Source: Eledone cirrhosa (lineage: Eukaryota). Taken from it: a DNA stretch of 64,000 nucleotides. Shown here piece by piece: positions 28,421 to 42,276 of the stretch; positions within the stretch are counted from its first letter, which is position 1, and every line of letters begins with the position of its first letter. The notes beneath the pieces were generated by a model. It ran no database searches. It was not told the DNA's origin and saw only the letters and a list, made by a program, of their open reading frames with translations. Location: positions 14,322,001 to 14,386,000 of the forward strand of contig OZ024746.1 of the NCBI GenBank assembly GCA_964016885.1, read 5' to 3'. Made by a program: the position numbers and the translations under genes.

Positions 28421-28788
28421 GTTACTTACTATATTTTAAACATACACGGTAATAATAGCTGTATATCATATGTGTTGCCTCACAGTTACTATGTTGGTTA
28501 TAATGTTTCAAAGAAAATCAAGAATATCATTACACTTTATTTCTTATCCTATAAAATATTGTTCCTCTGTATAAAATCTCTATTATAGTTCTCTTCGGGA
28601 TCAGAGACGTCAATTACCAAATTCTTCACCGTCTTATATAAATCTATGAATTACATTACTGATATCGTTTTTTTTTTATTCATATTACTCTCTTTGTCTA
28701 TTTTAAGGTGGTGTAGACTATTTATGAGATACCATTAGTCACAGGGACGATTTCCTTTAGTAAGCAACAATGAAAGATAATATATATC

Positions 28789-28841
<53 letters not shown>

Positions 28842-28958
28842 AATAATAATAAATGTGAAGACTAAAATCCAAAGAGGGCTCGATAAGGATATATATATAT
28901 ATATATATTTATCCTTATCGAGCCCTCTTTGGATTTTAGTCTTCACATTTATTATTAT

Positions 28959-28959
<1 letters not shown>
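28842..28959. repeat. Palindrome with ~50-bp arms in (TA)n, TA-rich spacer
   Basis: AATAATAATAAATGTGAAGACTAAAATCCAAAGAGGGCTCGATAAGGATA followed by its reverse complement. Confidence 0.92.
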
Positions 28960-29007
<48 letters not shown>

Positions 29008-29008
<1 letters not shown>

Positions 29009-29620
29009 GTGGAAAAGTAAGAAATCGGAGAACAGACCGTTAATACATGTTTATTTAAAACAGCACCTACGTACGTTTCGCTCGGTTGGGCTTCTTAAGG
29101 GCATAAATAACCAAAAGTGTTCCTTACATGGCCCGGAAAGTGTTTTGGGGGCTAAGTTCACATCATAGTTCATTCTTCGCAAAAAAAGCGTGTTTTGATT
29201 TTGCAGTGGGTCAAGGGAGGTAACTCTGGCCGGTGTTAGGGCAGTCTTTCCCGGACAAATTTGTTATCCGTTACAAGATGTGGTTACAACCTTACCATTG
29301 TTGAGACGTTTGTTTTTCTGCACCTGCCCGCCTGGGTCATTTGAAGCTGGGTCTGGGATGCATGGTTAGTTTCCTGGATGTTTTTTCACCGCCTGCCCGC
29401 CGGGGTGTTAAAGCTTGTTGCAGGGAGACTCGGTACACGGTTTCACTCCTCATCCTTATCCCATCTGAAGAAGGATAATTTTAAGCGATGTGTACAGCTT
29501 ATCGTCGTTTCAGCTCTGCTGTTGATGAGCTCGTGAGGTGCAGTTATGATGTGGTAGAGCTCCATGAGGCAAAGATCGCACTTCCTCTTGAAGTTGTACG
29601 GTGCAGCCCTGCCGACAATA
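29008..29620 (-). mobile_element. Penelope-like element 3' fragment (end of GIY-YIG domain plus pLTR with degenerate HHR)
   Basis: Translation RAAPY..KCDLCLMELYHI..LINSRAE..SCTHR; hammerhead remnant at 29063-29102; flanked by (TA)n. Confidence 0.8.
29063..29102 (-). ncRNA. Degenerate type I hammerhead ribozyme
   Basis: GCCC-CTTAAGA-AGCCCAACCGAGC-GAAA-CGTACG-TA-GGTGC. Core CTGANGA is mutated to CTTAAGA; palindromic stem III ACGTACGT; AATAAA follows. Confidence 0.6.
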
Positions 29621-29861
29621 TATATATATATGTAGATAAATCTACCAAAATAAACGGTAGTGTCCAATCCGCATGAAGAACTCAGTGTAATCCAAATATA
29701 GAAGATATCATTTTAAGCGATGTGTACAGCTTATCGTCGTTTCAGCTCTGCTGTTGATGAGCTCGTGGGGTGCAGTTATGATGTGGTAGAGCTCCATGAG
29801 GCAAAGATCCCACTTCCTCTTGAAGTTGTACGGTGCAGCCCTGCCGACAATATATATATAT

Positions 29862-32560
29862 GTAGATAAATCTACCAAAATAAACGGTAGTGTCCAATCC
29901 GCATGAAGAACTCAGTGTAATCCAAATATAGAAGATATCATGAAATGAGAAAATGCATTCAAAATTTAACGATAAAAATAATAGGAAAATAGAGTCAAGA
30001 TAAATTAATAAAAACAATGAAATAAAAACAAAGAACAGGTTCCTTATACTGAAAAAATCCTCATTTTACGATCGTTTCTTGGATATATATGTGTGTGTTG
30101 GTATGTATATCATATTAAAGATCTATATAAAAAATATTACAAATTATCAGAGGAGATATACATACCTTCACTTATATATGCCATCTTCAGAAATGATGAA
30201 GTATGTTTATTGCAAGAAACAAAGTATTAATACAAAAAGTCTGTTTGGGAACAGGTTTTGAATTGACCAATAGAAAAGAGTTAGAGGTCAAGTTGATAGA
30301 ATAACAGTAGTAGAATTTTATGCTAGGAGTGGAGGAGTGTAAATTTATGCTTTGAATGAAAAGAATACAGTGGAGAAGAGAAAGATAGGGGTTAAAGTGA
30401 GGTCAAGTCAATAAGATAATGAAGGATTCCCCCAAAAAATAGATGTTATTAAAGAATGCTGTTAAAAGTTAAGGGGAAAGAATTTTTTGCGGGATGAGAG
30501 TGTTAGTGAGAAATACTACTCCTGTTTAAATTTCAAGGAACCTAGATACATAAAAGGAAATTGATAGGTATATTTACAGAGTTAAAATTATATCAATTCT
30601 TATGAATGTGATAAATAAAGAAGTAAAAATCTTTTTATATAGAAAGACTGAAATAGAAAAAATTTTATAAAAAGTAGTGTATCTATCTAAACATCCATAA
30701 TATTAAAGATATTAATTATATTTACTAATCCTAGGTATTAAATGTGATAGATAGGGGATGCGGTTAAAAGAAGTAGTGAGGTTAAAGATAACTTTAGGTA
30801 AAGTGATCTGCAAGAGGGAAATAAAATAATGAAATTCTTTGTAGTAAATATCTAAAAAATGTTGTTTTTTTAATTAATTATAATAATTTGTAAAATATAA
30901 GAGTGAGGTATATATTAATTAAGTTTATAATATTTGAAGGTTTTTCTAATTCTATGATTGCATGATATAGTTAACTCCTGTCACTTATTTAATAGATTTC
31001 ATGATTTCAAATAGTTCTTGGGAGCATAAACTACACTCATATCTGCTATTTTGATAAGGGGTGGCCCTTTTGAGCACGCTCCAGGTCAGGTTGTAATCAA
31101 TGTCCTTCTTTCTATAATTATTAATTGCTTCAGCCAAGGAGGTTGTATAAGCTAATGCGGCATTTTTAAAACTATGTTTGTGTGTATTAAATCTTACTTT
31201 AAATTGGTTAGACGTAGCTCCTATATAGGATTGAGTGGAGTCCTTAGTATTAATTACACATTTATAGACTGTGTTATTAATATGACAATTTCCTTTTAGT
31301 GGGCAATTTCTTTTAATTCTACATTTACAGCCATTCGTAAATATTGTATCAGGAGAGTTAATGTGTTATTTATAGTGGTATTAGTGTTACTATTTTCATT
31401 AATGTATGGTTTAGAATGGGTTGTAATTAGATTAGTATGGTTAGACAGGTTGTTCGTGGGTGATAGTTTAGGGGATGTTGAGCTAGTAGAGTTCTGTTTG
31501 TTTTGGAGATTATTAGTCAACATTGGTGAAGAAGAATGTGGTTTGTTTTGGTTTACTTTAGTATTATTATGGTTGGTTTGATGAGTTGGTGGTATATTTA
31601 TGTTTTTTTACACTCATATGTGTTGTAAGCAGTTATATTCTGTTGTATATTCTTGGTAGTGGAATAGGAAAATTTGATAGTAGATCTATTTAAAGTTTGA
31701 TGGTATTTATGGTTTGGTGGGAAGTTTTTCTCTAGGATAGCAAAGCATTTTTTAGGGATATTGTCTTTAATATGTAGATTAAATGGAGCATTATACCAAG
31801 TAACCCGTCTATTACGGTTTCGACATGGTTTCTTATATTTATATGATGTATCGGGAGGTTTACTGAGAGAGTTACTATTAGTGATTTTATTATACATAGG
31901 TTTAGTTAGATTAATTGATGTTTTAGTCTGATTACTAGGAATTTTGTTAGTTATGTTGTTGACATATGTAAGAGTATTAGGGTAAATGATTATCTTTTAT
32001 GTGAGAAGAGGTAGAGAAATTAAGTTTTGGGTTGGTGTTTTTAGGTGTAGTATGAGTGGCATTTAGGTGTGGGTTTTTCATTTGGTGTTTGTTGGTAATA
32101 TTAGGTTGTATGTTTGAAATATTATTGGTGCAAGGTATATAGACTAATTTGTTCTTATGGCCGCTTCTAGCTAAAGCTTCATTATAAAAGGGCGCGTTTT
32201 TATCGAATACATCATGATTTGATGAAAGGTTAGAGATTCTGATTGAGATATTATATGCTAGGTTTTTAAGGATAGATCTAGGGTGATTAGATTGTGAGTG
32301 TATGTAATGCAAGTTTTGGTTAGGTTTATGGTAAGGTTGGTAGATACCTGTGGATAGGTCCATAGTTATATCTAGGAAATTGACTATTTTACTGGTGTTT
32401 TCAAATGTAATAGTGAGACTATAATAGTCTTTGAGGAAAGTTCAAAGTTTTTTATTTCTTTCAATTTCTGATTGGCTAAGATCAGTGGATAGAAGAAGAC
32501 AGTCATCAGGATATAAACCACCTTTAAGGTGGGGAAAAGATGAATTAATGTTAAATAGAA
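29862..32560 (-). mobile_element. Penelope-like retroelement (Naiad-like), 5'-truncated and decayed: RT C-terminus, linker, GIY-YIG endonuclease, long 3' pLTR
   Basis: GLYPDD (cf. GLYRDD); VNFLDITMDL..YQPYHKPN..YIHSQSNHP; VTWYNAPF..LNRSTIKFSYS; CKC..CPLKGNC; VYKC..SYIGATSNQFKVRFNTHKHSF; CSLC..E; SCNH. Confidence 0.9.
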
Positions 32561-32658
32561 GAAAAAGGCTCACAAGATATATATATATATATATATATAA
32601 AAGAAAGTGAAGGTTTTTTACAAAATGAAAAAAAACGAGGTGTCCTACACGAGTGAAA

Positions 32659-33011
<353 letters not shown>

Positions 33012-33021
33012 ATATATATAT

Positions 33022-34067
33022 ATATGTGAAAAAATGGGGAGAAGAATACTGCAGGTTGCACATGGATAACATGTTATAAAATGAGTCCCTCATCAGTGAT
33101 TTGCCAACGATCATAGATATTTCATTGCATTAAAAATCATATACCTCACGTTGGTGCAATAATAACTAAATTAAGTTATTAGGACAATTAAAACGCGTAA
33201 AGCGAGTGAGACAAGTAAACAACAAAGAGGAAAGCTAACCGTAGATAGGAAGGGAACAAGCTACATAGTTATTCTGTTAGCATAAGCTAGGTGAATATAT
33301 GAGCGCTTAGAAAAAAGACCTTTCGAGATGAATCCAAATGTAAGAAAGAAGGAAAATGTATTCGTCGCGAACGGGGTGAAGTGAGAAGGGGAGAAACAGT
33401 GAGTGAGTGAGTGGAAGTGTGAGGAAGAGTTAACTGACATGACAGAGGGGGCGAAAGAAAGTAGGAGAAACAGAGAGAACTAGGGAGCAGTAAGAGAGAG
33501 AGAGAGAAAAACAGAATCGTAGTTTAGGTAAATATATGTGAAAAAATGGGGAGAAGAATACTGCAGGTTGCACATGGATAACATGTTATAAAATTAGTCC
33601 CTCATCAGTGATTTGCCAACGATCATAGATATTTCATTGCATTAAAAATCATATACCTCACGTTGGTGCAATAATAACTAAATTAAGTTATTAGGACAAT
33701 TAAAACGCGTAAACCGAGTGAGACAAGTAAACAACAAAGAGGAAAGCTAACCGTAGATAGGAAGGGAACAAGCTACATAGTTATTCTGTTAGGTGAATAT
33801 ATGAGCGCTTAGAAAAAAGACCTTTCGAGATGAATCCAAATGTAAGAAAGAAGGAAAATGTATTCGTCGCGAACGGGGTGAAGTGAGAAGGGGAGAAACA
33901 GTGAATGAGTGAGTGGAAGTGTGAGGAAGAGTTAACTGACATGACAGAGGAGGCGAAAGAAAGTAGGAGAAACAGAGAGAACTAGGGAGCAGTAAGAGAG
34001 AGAGAGAGAAAAACAGAATCGCAGTTTAGGTAAATATATGTGAAAAAATGGGGAGAAGAATAGTGCA
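33022..34067 (-). mobile_element. Tandem ~510-bp direct repeat (2 copies plus a partial third), probably Penelope pLTR/retrozyme-like
   Basis: ATATGTGAAAAAATGGGGAGAAGAATA recurs at ~33022, ~33534 and ~34036. Each full copy has CTGATGAGGGAC on the minus strand but no GAAA partner. Flanked by TA. Confidence 0.6.
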
Positions 34068-34445
34068 GATATATATACATACATACATACAAACATATGC
34101 AGAAGTATACAGATATAATTTGTCATACACTGTATCAGATTTAACAACTATAAAACTATCATTTATAGACAACAGGAAAATGAAATGATGTAAAGCACTA
34201 ATAGTGAACGTCACCAGCTGGGAAGAGCCGCTGCCAACTTTTGACATCTATCGTACTACCTCAAGGTCAAAACTGAATAATATTGGACACCCGATGAGCA
34301 ATCCTTTACATCTCTAATACTCCGTATCCTTCTTCTGATATAAATATATTCTTCCTCTATATTTTTGTTTACGAACACACACAGAGACCAACACACACCA
34401 ACACACACATACACAGAAACGTGTATATATATATATATACATATA

Positions 34446-34549
<104 letters not shown>

Positions 34550-34573
34550 TAATAAAAGATCGGAGGCCATACG

Positions 34574-34608
<35 letters not shown>

Positions 34609-35026
34609 GTATATATGTATATATATATATGTGTGTGTGTGTGTGAGAATCAATTCAAGAGAGAGAAAGGCATAAGGAGATTAACTTTGTATTTGCCTAT
34701 GTTTTAAGTGAGTGCATATGTGTGAATCAATTCTCTAGCAAAACATTGATGGAATATCATTGATTAAATATTCTGATGCTGTCAATACAGATTTGCTGTT
34801 TGAAGATGAACAAGTTTAAGATTAAAGTTCAAGCTTCATCATATATGAGATAACATTTAAATATGCGTTCATGTACACCTAAACATACACACGAAAACAA
34901 GAGACTGACGTATATTAGAAGAATAGAGTTAGTATAACATCTCATTACAGAATTTATAAATTTATCGAAGAATGTCTTGTTTGCGTTGGTATAAATGTAA
35001 ACAAACATACAGTATTATATATAAAT

Positions 35027-35355
<329 letters not shown>

Positions 35356-35432
35356 TTCAAACTCGCGCACCATTTCAAAAACATACTTACATGTTTACGT
35401 TTATAATTTGCTTGTATCTATCTATCTATCTA

Positions 35433-35486
<54 letters not shown>

Positions 35487-35715
35487 GAGGTTATATAACT
35501 TTCTATCACCCTCAATAAATGTAATATCTCCACTATCCAGGAAGCTCCAACCGTTAAGGTTGTCTTTTTTCAGGGTATGTCAATATTTAATCATATAACT
35601 ACTCTGTATTGTATTTTATCTGATGAAAACGCACCATAATTTGCCTTGGTGGCCCTTGAAATATGTATAATAAAATAAATATGGTTTTATAAATATAGTT
35701 TCCATTTGTTAATAT

Positions 35716-35765
<50 letters not shown>

Positions 35766-35775
35766 AGTATATATA

Positions 35776-36382
35776 TCTGTATATCTAAAACAGAGAATGT
35801 CTGTCTGTCTCCCTAAAACTCGAGAACCACCCAACCGATTGTTTTCAAACTTTACACATGTAATACTTATGGTCCTGTGAGTGTTTCGAGCACATTTTCA
35901 ATGCCCTAGGGACCGCATTAGGCGAACTAGCGATCTCTCTCTATAATTCTTAGTCTTTCATTTTAGATAGATACATAGACATAACTTTGCGCCCTTATAA
36001 TATCTATCTGTATGTCTGGCATTACGACATTATGATGCTATATGTGTGTGTGTATATGTATATATAGTTTGTGTATGTATGTATATATATATATATATAT
36101 ATATAGTGTGTAACGTTTTTCGAATTATTTACTTCTGCGTTCATAGGTTGATTTTTTTAGTTTCAGAAGATCCCGTTAAGGGTGAAAGCAGCGATTCTTT
36201 GCTTAAACTTTAATCTGTTATTTTAATATATAATTATATATTCGTGTACAGATATTTTTGCATACACAATAACAAAATATTAACAAACGTATTTATTTCA
36301 CGAGGCTCGATAAGGATAAATATATATCAATTATATAAGAACCCTAGAGAAAATCCCGAGCAACGCCGGGTCATTCTGCTAG
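35776..36382 (+). mobile_element. Non-autonomous Helitron
   Basis: A|TC start, (TGTC)n near the 5' end, subterminal hairpin CCCGAGCAACGCCGGG, CTAG|T end, no TSD. Confidence 0.75.
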
Positions 36383-36636
36383 TATATATACTAAAACGTT
36401 ATAAACTATAAACTAGCGATTTCATAAATGAAGCGATATTGCTAGTAAAACGAGAAATATATTTGAAATGTTTCTTTAAAGACTTAAATATTTCTTCTTC
36501 TTCTTCTTCTTCTTCTTCTTCTTCTTCTTCTTCTTCTTCTTCTTCATTTTCATTTTCATTTTCTTTTTCTTTTTCTTTTTCTTTTTCTTTTTCTTTTTCT
36601 TTTTCTTTTTCTTTTTCTCTTTATTATTATTGTTAT

Positions 36637-36933
36637 TCTTTGAGTCTCAGTCATTGATGTTAGTTAACTGGAAAGTTTGTTGAAATGAATATCAAGCTAC
36701 TACCTGCAGCCTCAGATATTCAGGACGTATCGGAGGGTTCTTGCTGTTCCCAGCAAGCATGCCTTTTGAAGCGTTCCAAAAAGCGTGAAGGGGCCAATTA
36801 TTATTATTATTATTATTATTCTTTGAGTCTCAGTCATTGATGTTAGTTAACTGGAAAGTTTGTTGAAAGGAATATCAAGCCACTACCTGCAGCCTCAGAT
36901 ATTCAGGACGTATCGGAGGGTTCTTGCTGTTCC

Positions 36934-36934
<1 letters not shown>
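36637..36934 (-). mobile_element. Two tandem 3'-end fragments of a (TAA)n-tailed RLE non-LTR element
   Basis: 36637-36798 and 36820-36934 are reverse complements of parts of 38470-38632; each is tailed by (TAA)n. Confidence 0.85.
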
Positions 36935-36985
<51 letters not shown>

Positions 36986-37169
36986 TTTATTTTTATTTTT
37001 ATTTTTATTTTTATTTTTATTTTTATTTTTATTTTTATTTTTATTTTTATTTTTATTTTTATTTTTATTTTTATTTTTATTCTTTTTCGTCTTCGCGCTT
37101 GTAACAAACATATCAAAACAAGCGTTTTATCATGTGGGTCATCAAACTTACGGGGGCGAATCCTATCCT

Positions 37170-37345
37170 AGACGTGGTGGATTGGCAACATCGGTAGAGC
37201 GTCAGACACCATAGATTTACGGTCCTTTGCCTTCTGAGTTCAAATACCGCCTTACGGAGAAGATAAAACGACTGAGGTCGATTTAATTGACTTCACCTTC
37301 CCGCTAAATTGCTGGCCTTGAGCCTAAATCTGAAACCATTATTAT
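37170..37345 (+). mobile_element. SINE (family A relative, internally deleted)
   Basis: GGTGGATTGGCAACATCGGTAGAGCGTC, GAGTTCAAATAC, GCTGGCCTTG..GAAACCATTATT. Confidence 0.75.
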
Positions 37346-37354
37346 TACTATTAT

Positions 37355-38200
37355 TCATTTATTACAAGAGCCGACACACGGGGACAGTACGGAAACAGAC
37401 AGTGGGGGGGGGGTTACAGGAAATCGGGTAAAAAAAGATATAATAAAAATCAAATAACAATAAAATTACAACAATGAAAATCTCCCAAGGAATTATCAGG
37501 CAAATATTCTCAGAAATTGAACAGACCCCAAAGACGTATGGCTTGAAACAATTGGCCATATAATATCAGACGTATATTCACCCACCTTTCAACAAACTTG
37601 CTAGAAAGCAGCACTTGCCTCTCCACCCTGATTTTCATCTTCAAGTGAAACTTGAAAAAGTTAATTAGGGATTCGCCGAAGAGGAAAGTGTTTGTCTTTA
37701 ATCCTTTTAACCTTGTCCACCACACAATCTCTTTCGCCATGGCCACCAGGCAGATGAAAACCGCCTGCCTTTCCTCTTCGAAGGAAGACGGCGAGACCAT
37801 CTGCACAATGGACTCAGTCGACAACCGGATCAGTCCCACACGCGACAGCAACTGTTCGACATAGCTCCACAAGTCAGCAATGCTCGGGCACTGAACGAGT
37901 GCGTGCACAACGGTTTCGTCGCTATGCACGCATCTCGGACAGGCTCGGCTGACGGCACTTCCGTGCCTGTAGAGTTTATCTCGAACCGGCAGCGCTCCCC
38001 GGTAGCACTGCCAGGCCAGGGATTTTTGGAAGTTATTCATAGGCCCCGGGCTGAAAGTTCTCCGGAAGAGAGCAAACAGCTGATCTTCTTCGACGCCCAG
38101 GATCTCTCCGAGAATGTCGTCGCTCTTCCCCTCCACTAGTCCTCTATAGAACGCCGAGGTGGATGTTCCACCGATACTGGTGCTTTCTTTATAAACCACA
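37355..38200 (-). mobile_element. Tx1/L1-clade LINE 3' fragment (post-RT zinc-binding region and 3' UTR)
   Basis: 229-aa ORF WQCYRGALPVRDKL..CPRC..ETVVHALVQCP..W..IVWWTR; AATAAA and a TAA tail. Confidence 0.8.
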
Positions 38201-38269
38201 AGGGTTTACATAAAGTAGACATTAAGGACAATACAGGACGGTACAAATGGGCATTTCTGCGTGTAAAAA

Positions 38270-38658
38270 AAAAGATCGTGCCTGATTGTGGATGTGGCCT
38301 GCCCATTCGACACGAGAGTGCAAGAGAAGGAGAGGGAGAAAATTAACCGATTCCAGGACTTAAAGTGGGAGGTAAAAAGGATTTGGAACTGCCATGAAGT
38401 CAAAGTGATCCCGATTGTCATAGGCGCACTAGGGACTATCTCAAAAAGTTTCCAGGGATGGTTAAAGAAAATTGACCCCTTCACGCTTTTTGGAACGCTT
38501 CAAAAGGCATGCTTGCTGGGAACAGCAAGAACCCTCCGATACGTCCTGAATATCTGAGGCTGCAGGTAGTGGCTTGATATTCATTTCAACAAACTTTCCA
38601 GTTAACTAACATCAATGACTGAGACTCAAAGAGTAATAACAACAATAATAATAATAAT
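38270..38658 (+). mobile_element. RLE non-LTR element 3' fragment (R4/Dong/Rex6-like) with (TAA)n tail
   Basis: IVDVACPFD..KEREKINRFQDL..IPIVIGALG..LQKACLLGTARTLR, then stop, UTR and (TAA)n. Confidence 0.88.
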
Positions 38659-38659
38659 G

Positions 38660-38960
38660 ATTTCTTTATTGGCCACAAGGGCTGACATCAAGAAAAACAT
38701 TACAGACGGCACGGGACGGTACAGGACGGTACGATGTGGGTTTTGTGCGTGTAAATATTTTTATTATTTATATAAGAAAAGAAAAAAAAGGACATAGAAA
38801 CATATATATATATAAACAATAAAAATGAAAATTGAAACAATGAAAAATTCCCCAACAGGGGGGAAACCTCCGAGGGTTACTCGTGGCGAAAACCACACAA
38901 AAGACCACCAGGGCACCCTGACCACCAGGGCAAGCACCCTCTCTCAATTTTTCCATTTCT
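38660..38960 (-). mobile_element. Tx1/L1-like LINE 3' UTR fragment
   Basis: Similar to 37355-37500 and 38195-38270; minus strand ends CCCTTGTGGCCAATAAAGAAATC then (ATT)n. Confidence 0.6.
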
Positions 38961-38964
38961 CAAA

Positions 38965-39072
38965 AATAATAATAATAATTGTTTCTACTGTTGGCACAAG
39001 GCCAGCAATTAGCCAGTACATTACTGGTACTTTATTTTATCGACCCCGTAAGGATGAAAGGCAAAGTTAACC
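38965..39072 (-). mobile_element. SINE family A, 5'-truncated
   Basis: Matches the 3' half of the family. Confidence 0.85.
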
Positions 39073-39116
39073 TAATAACGTATTTTTGTCGTTGTTGTTC
39101 TCATTATATATATATG

Positions 39117-39222
<106 letters not shown>

Positions 39223-40702
39223 TGTGTGTGTGTGTGTGTCTGTGTGTCTGTGTGTATCTATATGACTCTTATTGATAAGTGTGGGCGCCACTTCAGGTAG
39301 CTCATACGAGAATCTGTTTTTTCCAAGTATTACTGGAGGAAAAAGTTTTCCTTTTGAATTATATTTCAAACAATATCTAGAATAAACGTAAAGTTTTTCG
39401 GACAATTTTTTTTTTGTTAATTTCTCCGAGAATTAGCTGCCATGTCTGCATGTAATGCAGCGAAAGATATGAACAGACGCTGGATCAAAGCAACCGACAA
39501 AATACTTGATAAAATTTCTGAAGTGAGTTTACAAAAAGAGAAACATTGTTTAAAAATAAACAAAAGAATGATATCGAAACATCGAAACAAACACACGAAG
39601 ACATTAATAATGTTTTCTGAATTAGATTTAAGGTCAGAGCGCGGAGTACAGCAAAGCATTCTATCCGACATTCTAAGGATTCATCCAATCCACCATAGAC
39701 ATAAATAATAATAGCCATGATCTTATAACCTCTGAAACAACTATAATGCACAGACGCGCACACAGACACAAACATTGTTCACCAATGTAGCATTCAAAGT
39801 TGAACGTTTAGACATGATGAAAGTAAATACCGATAAGGACCTGAGGTTACCTCGCATTCAAATGGATTCTATTTCCTTTTCCAAAGAATATGTCCAGAAT
39901 CGATAACGGAGAAATATAATTTATCTTTGTCTACGAAAAGGGAGCAGGATCCTTCTCTATGCCTTCAAAAATCGAATTTAAAGAAGGGCTATCTGATATC
40001 TGAACTAAACTTTTAACTATAGTAAAGAGCGAAGTCTATCAGTCAGCCTACCTGACTCTCTGGAACAAGGAGAAAGCAAAGAGACTAACAGAAATCGTGT
40101 GCGAACCCAAACCCCTTCGCACCGCCACCACCATCACCACCGCTAACAATGTTGTCTATATGAGGCGACATAAGACAAAGTTAACAAGTGAAGGCACAGC
40201 AAATGACATTGATCCTTGGGTCATAGTTGACTGTATTAAACAATATAGATATGTAATGAGTGCCAAGATAACGTAAAATGTTCTGTTGCCGGGCGAGCAA
40301 CACAAGGCCATTCAAATATTTGTTCCACTGTGAGTTCAGTGTTAAAAGCAGTAAACAGAAAACCACTTCAGGATTTGCTAACCTGAGAAGCTGAAAATAG
40401 GGCCATATAATCAGTAAGTTCCTGTGGTTACTGTTTTTTTTAAGAACCATCAGTCAAACCATCTGATCCGTTTCCAGTTATGACGGAGTGGGTGGTGTCT
40501 AGGTACCTCCTCCTGATACAGTAGAGAAAACTACAGCATGCTTCATTTTAAAAGTGAAAGGTGCTGACATTTCTTCTCCTAAGAGTATCACCACATCCAT
40601 TGGTAAGGATGAGGGCGAAATGGAAGTTGAGAAAGGTCGACACAGCAGGAGTAGAATAGAAGAGAAAAAATAAAAATAAAAGAAAAACACGGCTCTTTCA
40701 GA

Positions 40703-40750
40703 AATCGCGCTGTTTAGTGTCTTTCAAAAAAGACACTAAACAGCGCGATT
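40703..40750. repeat. Perfect hairpin, 22-bp arms and 4-nt loop
   Basis: AATCGCGCTGTTTAGTGTCTTT-CAAA-AAAGACACTAAACAGCGCGATT. Confidence 0.95.
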
Positions 40751-42276
40751 CCCTTGTCAAAACAAGCACTAGATCACTTAACAAAATGTATGTCTTGAAT
40801 ACACAACGAACAAGTTACGTATGATAGATTCTTCTAACGAAGAAATATACGAGGAGACAATGTGTCTGTCCAGAAGATGGGGTTGCTTTTTTTTATGAAT
40901 CCACCCTCGTAATTTTTATGGTGGATTGCCCTCAATCCCAAGAAAATATAGAATGTATGGTGGATGAGCAGAAATGTGAGATGTTCTGATTTGACATGTG
41001 TGTCGTTGGATAACCCTGAATGCCTTTATGTTTTATATCATATCTTGTATTAATCATTGTTTTTTATAATAATTTTATGATATTATTATTTTTGCTTTTG
41101 TTTTAATGCTGGTGTGATAAATAATATACTTCAATGTCGAAAAATATAACTGCAAAAGATTCTTAGAAAGTAGAACGATGGGATTTGTATATGTTCTTGA
41201 CTAGATACCTTTCGGTGCTTGTTACATCTTTCTAAATCCGAGGCCGGCTGCACACTCCATCACTCTAATGTCGGCAACATAAGTATTAACAATATACTGT
41301 GTGTAGATTGAATAGACTATACTACTAGCCGGTATAGTTAACGTAAGAATGTGTTAATTTATACATGTAAGAGCTAATGCAAAAAATCAATAATAGTATA
41401 CACACATCGCTTCCGTCTTTACATAACGTGCCAAATGACAAGAATTATTTTGTCTAGTTATCTCATATTTTTATAGTTGGCTTATTATGAAAATAGTCAT
41501 TGTCCTATTTTTGGAATTGTGTTCTTCAGGCTGCTTTCTGATGAAAGGAATATTCTATGCAACAGTAATACTGGATTTTTGTATAAAAGATATAAGTTTA
41601 TGTTAGATACTATTAGTTATATGTTCATACATTTCTGTTTCTAGAGATACATCTGAACTTTGGAAACTTTATTTTATATATATGTATCCTTCATATAGTT
41701 TTAACTCTTATACAAAAATGAACAACTCAAAGAAATTGTTTATTTTCGTGACAGCTATTGATGCATAATTGTGGTAGTCATGTATAAATACAAGTATGTA
41801 AATTAATAGATTATGAGAACCAAACCTTGAAGAGTGATTATATTTGCTATAAGTATTTTCCTGAGTTATCTAGCTCTTCCACTCATATGATAGATATTGT
41901 TACAGCATCTTGGAAATGTCGAAATGTCTCTGAATATTTATATATTATACAACTAAAATAAATAATGCTTCAGAATGAAAGACTTACTTTCTAAATACAA
42001 TTTTTGAGCGATATCATGTACTGTCATTACCGGTGAATCTGGTAATATGTATTTATTGATAAGACCTGATTGGTTATATTCTAGCTCTTTGACAATTCAG
42101 AATATATAATAGAATCACTTATGTGCTTGTAGTTATTAAAGAGTAATATAGAAATTACGTAATACGACGGTTGCAGCCAGATGACGTCTGTCACCCCATA
42201 CAACTAATAGGTAGGGGTTGGTTGTTGTTTGACTAAGAAGGCTGAAGTAATATTTTAAAGGATGTGTTTGTATTTA

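Noticed and set aside
30930-31340. Selenocysteine (TGA) in the Naiad-like zinc-binding motifs
   Set aside because: The cysteine codons I can read are TGT or TGC; no TGA at those positions.
39442-40690. Short ORFs possibly from a LINE ORF1 or Penelope N-terminus (GHIISK knuckle-like remnant)
   Set aside because: Too degraded to assign by eye.
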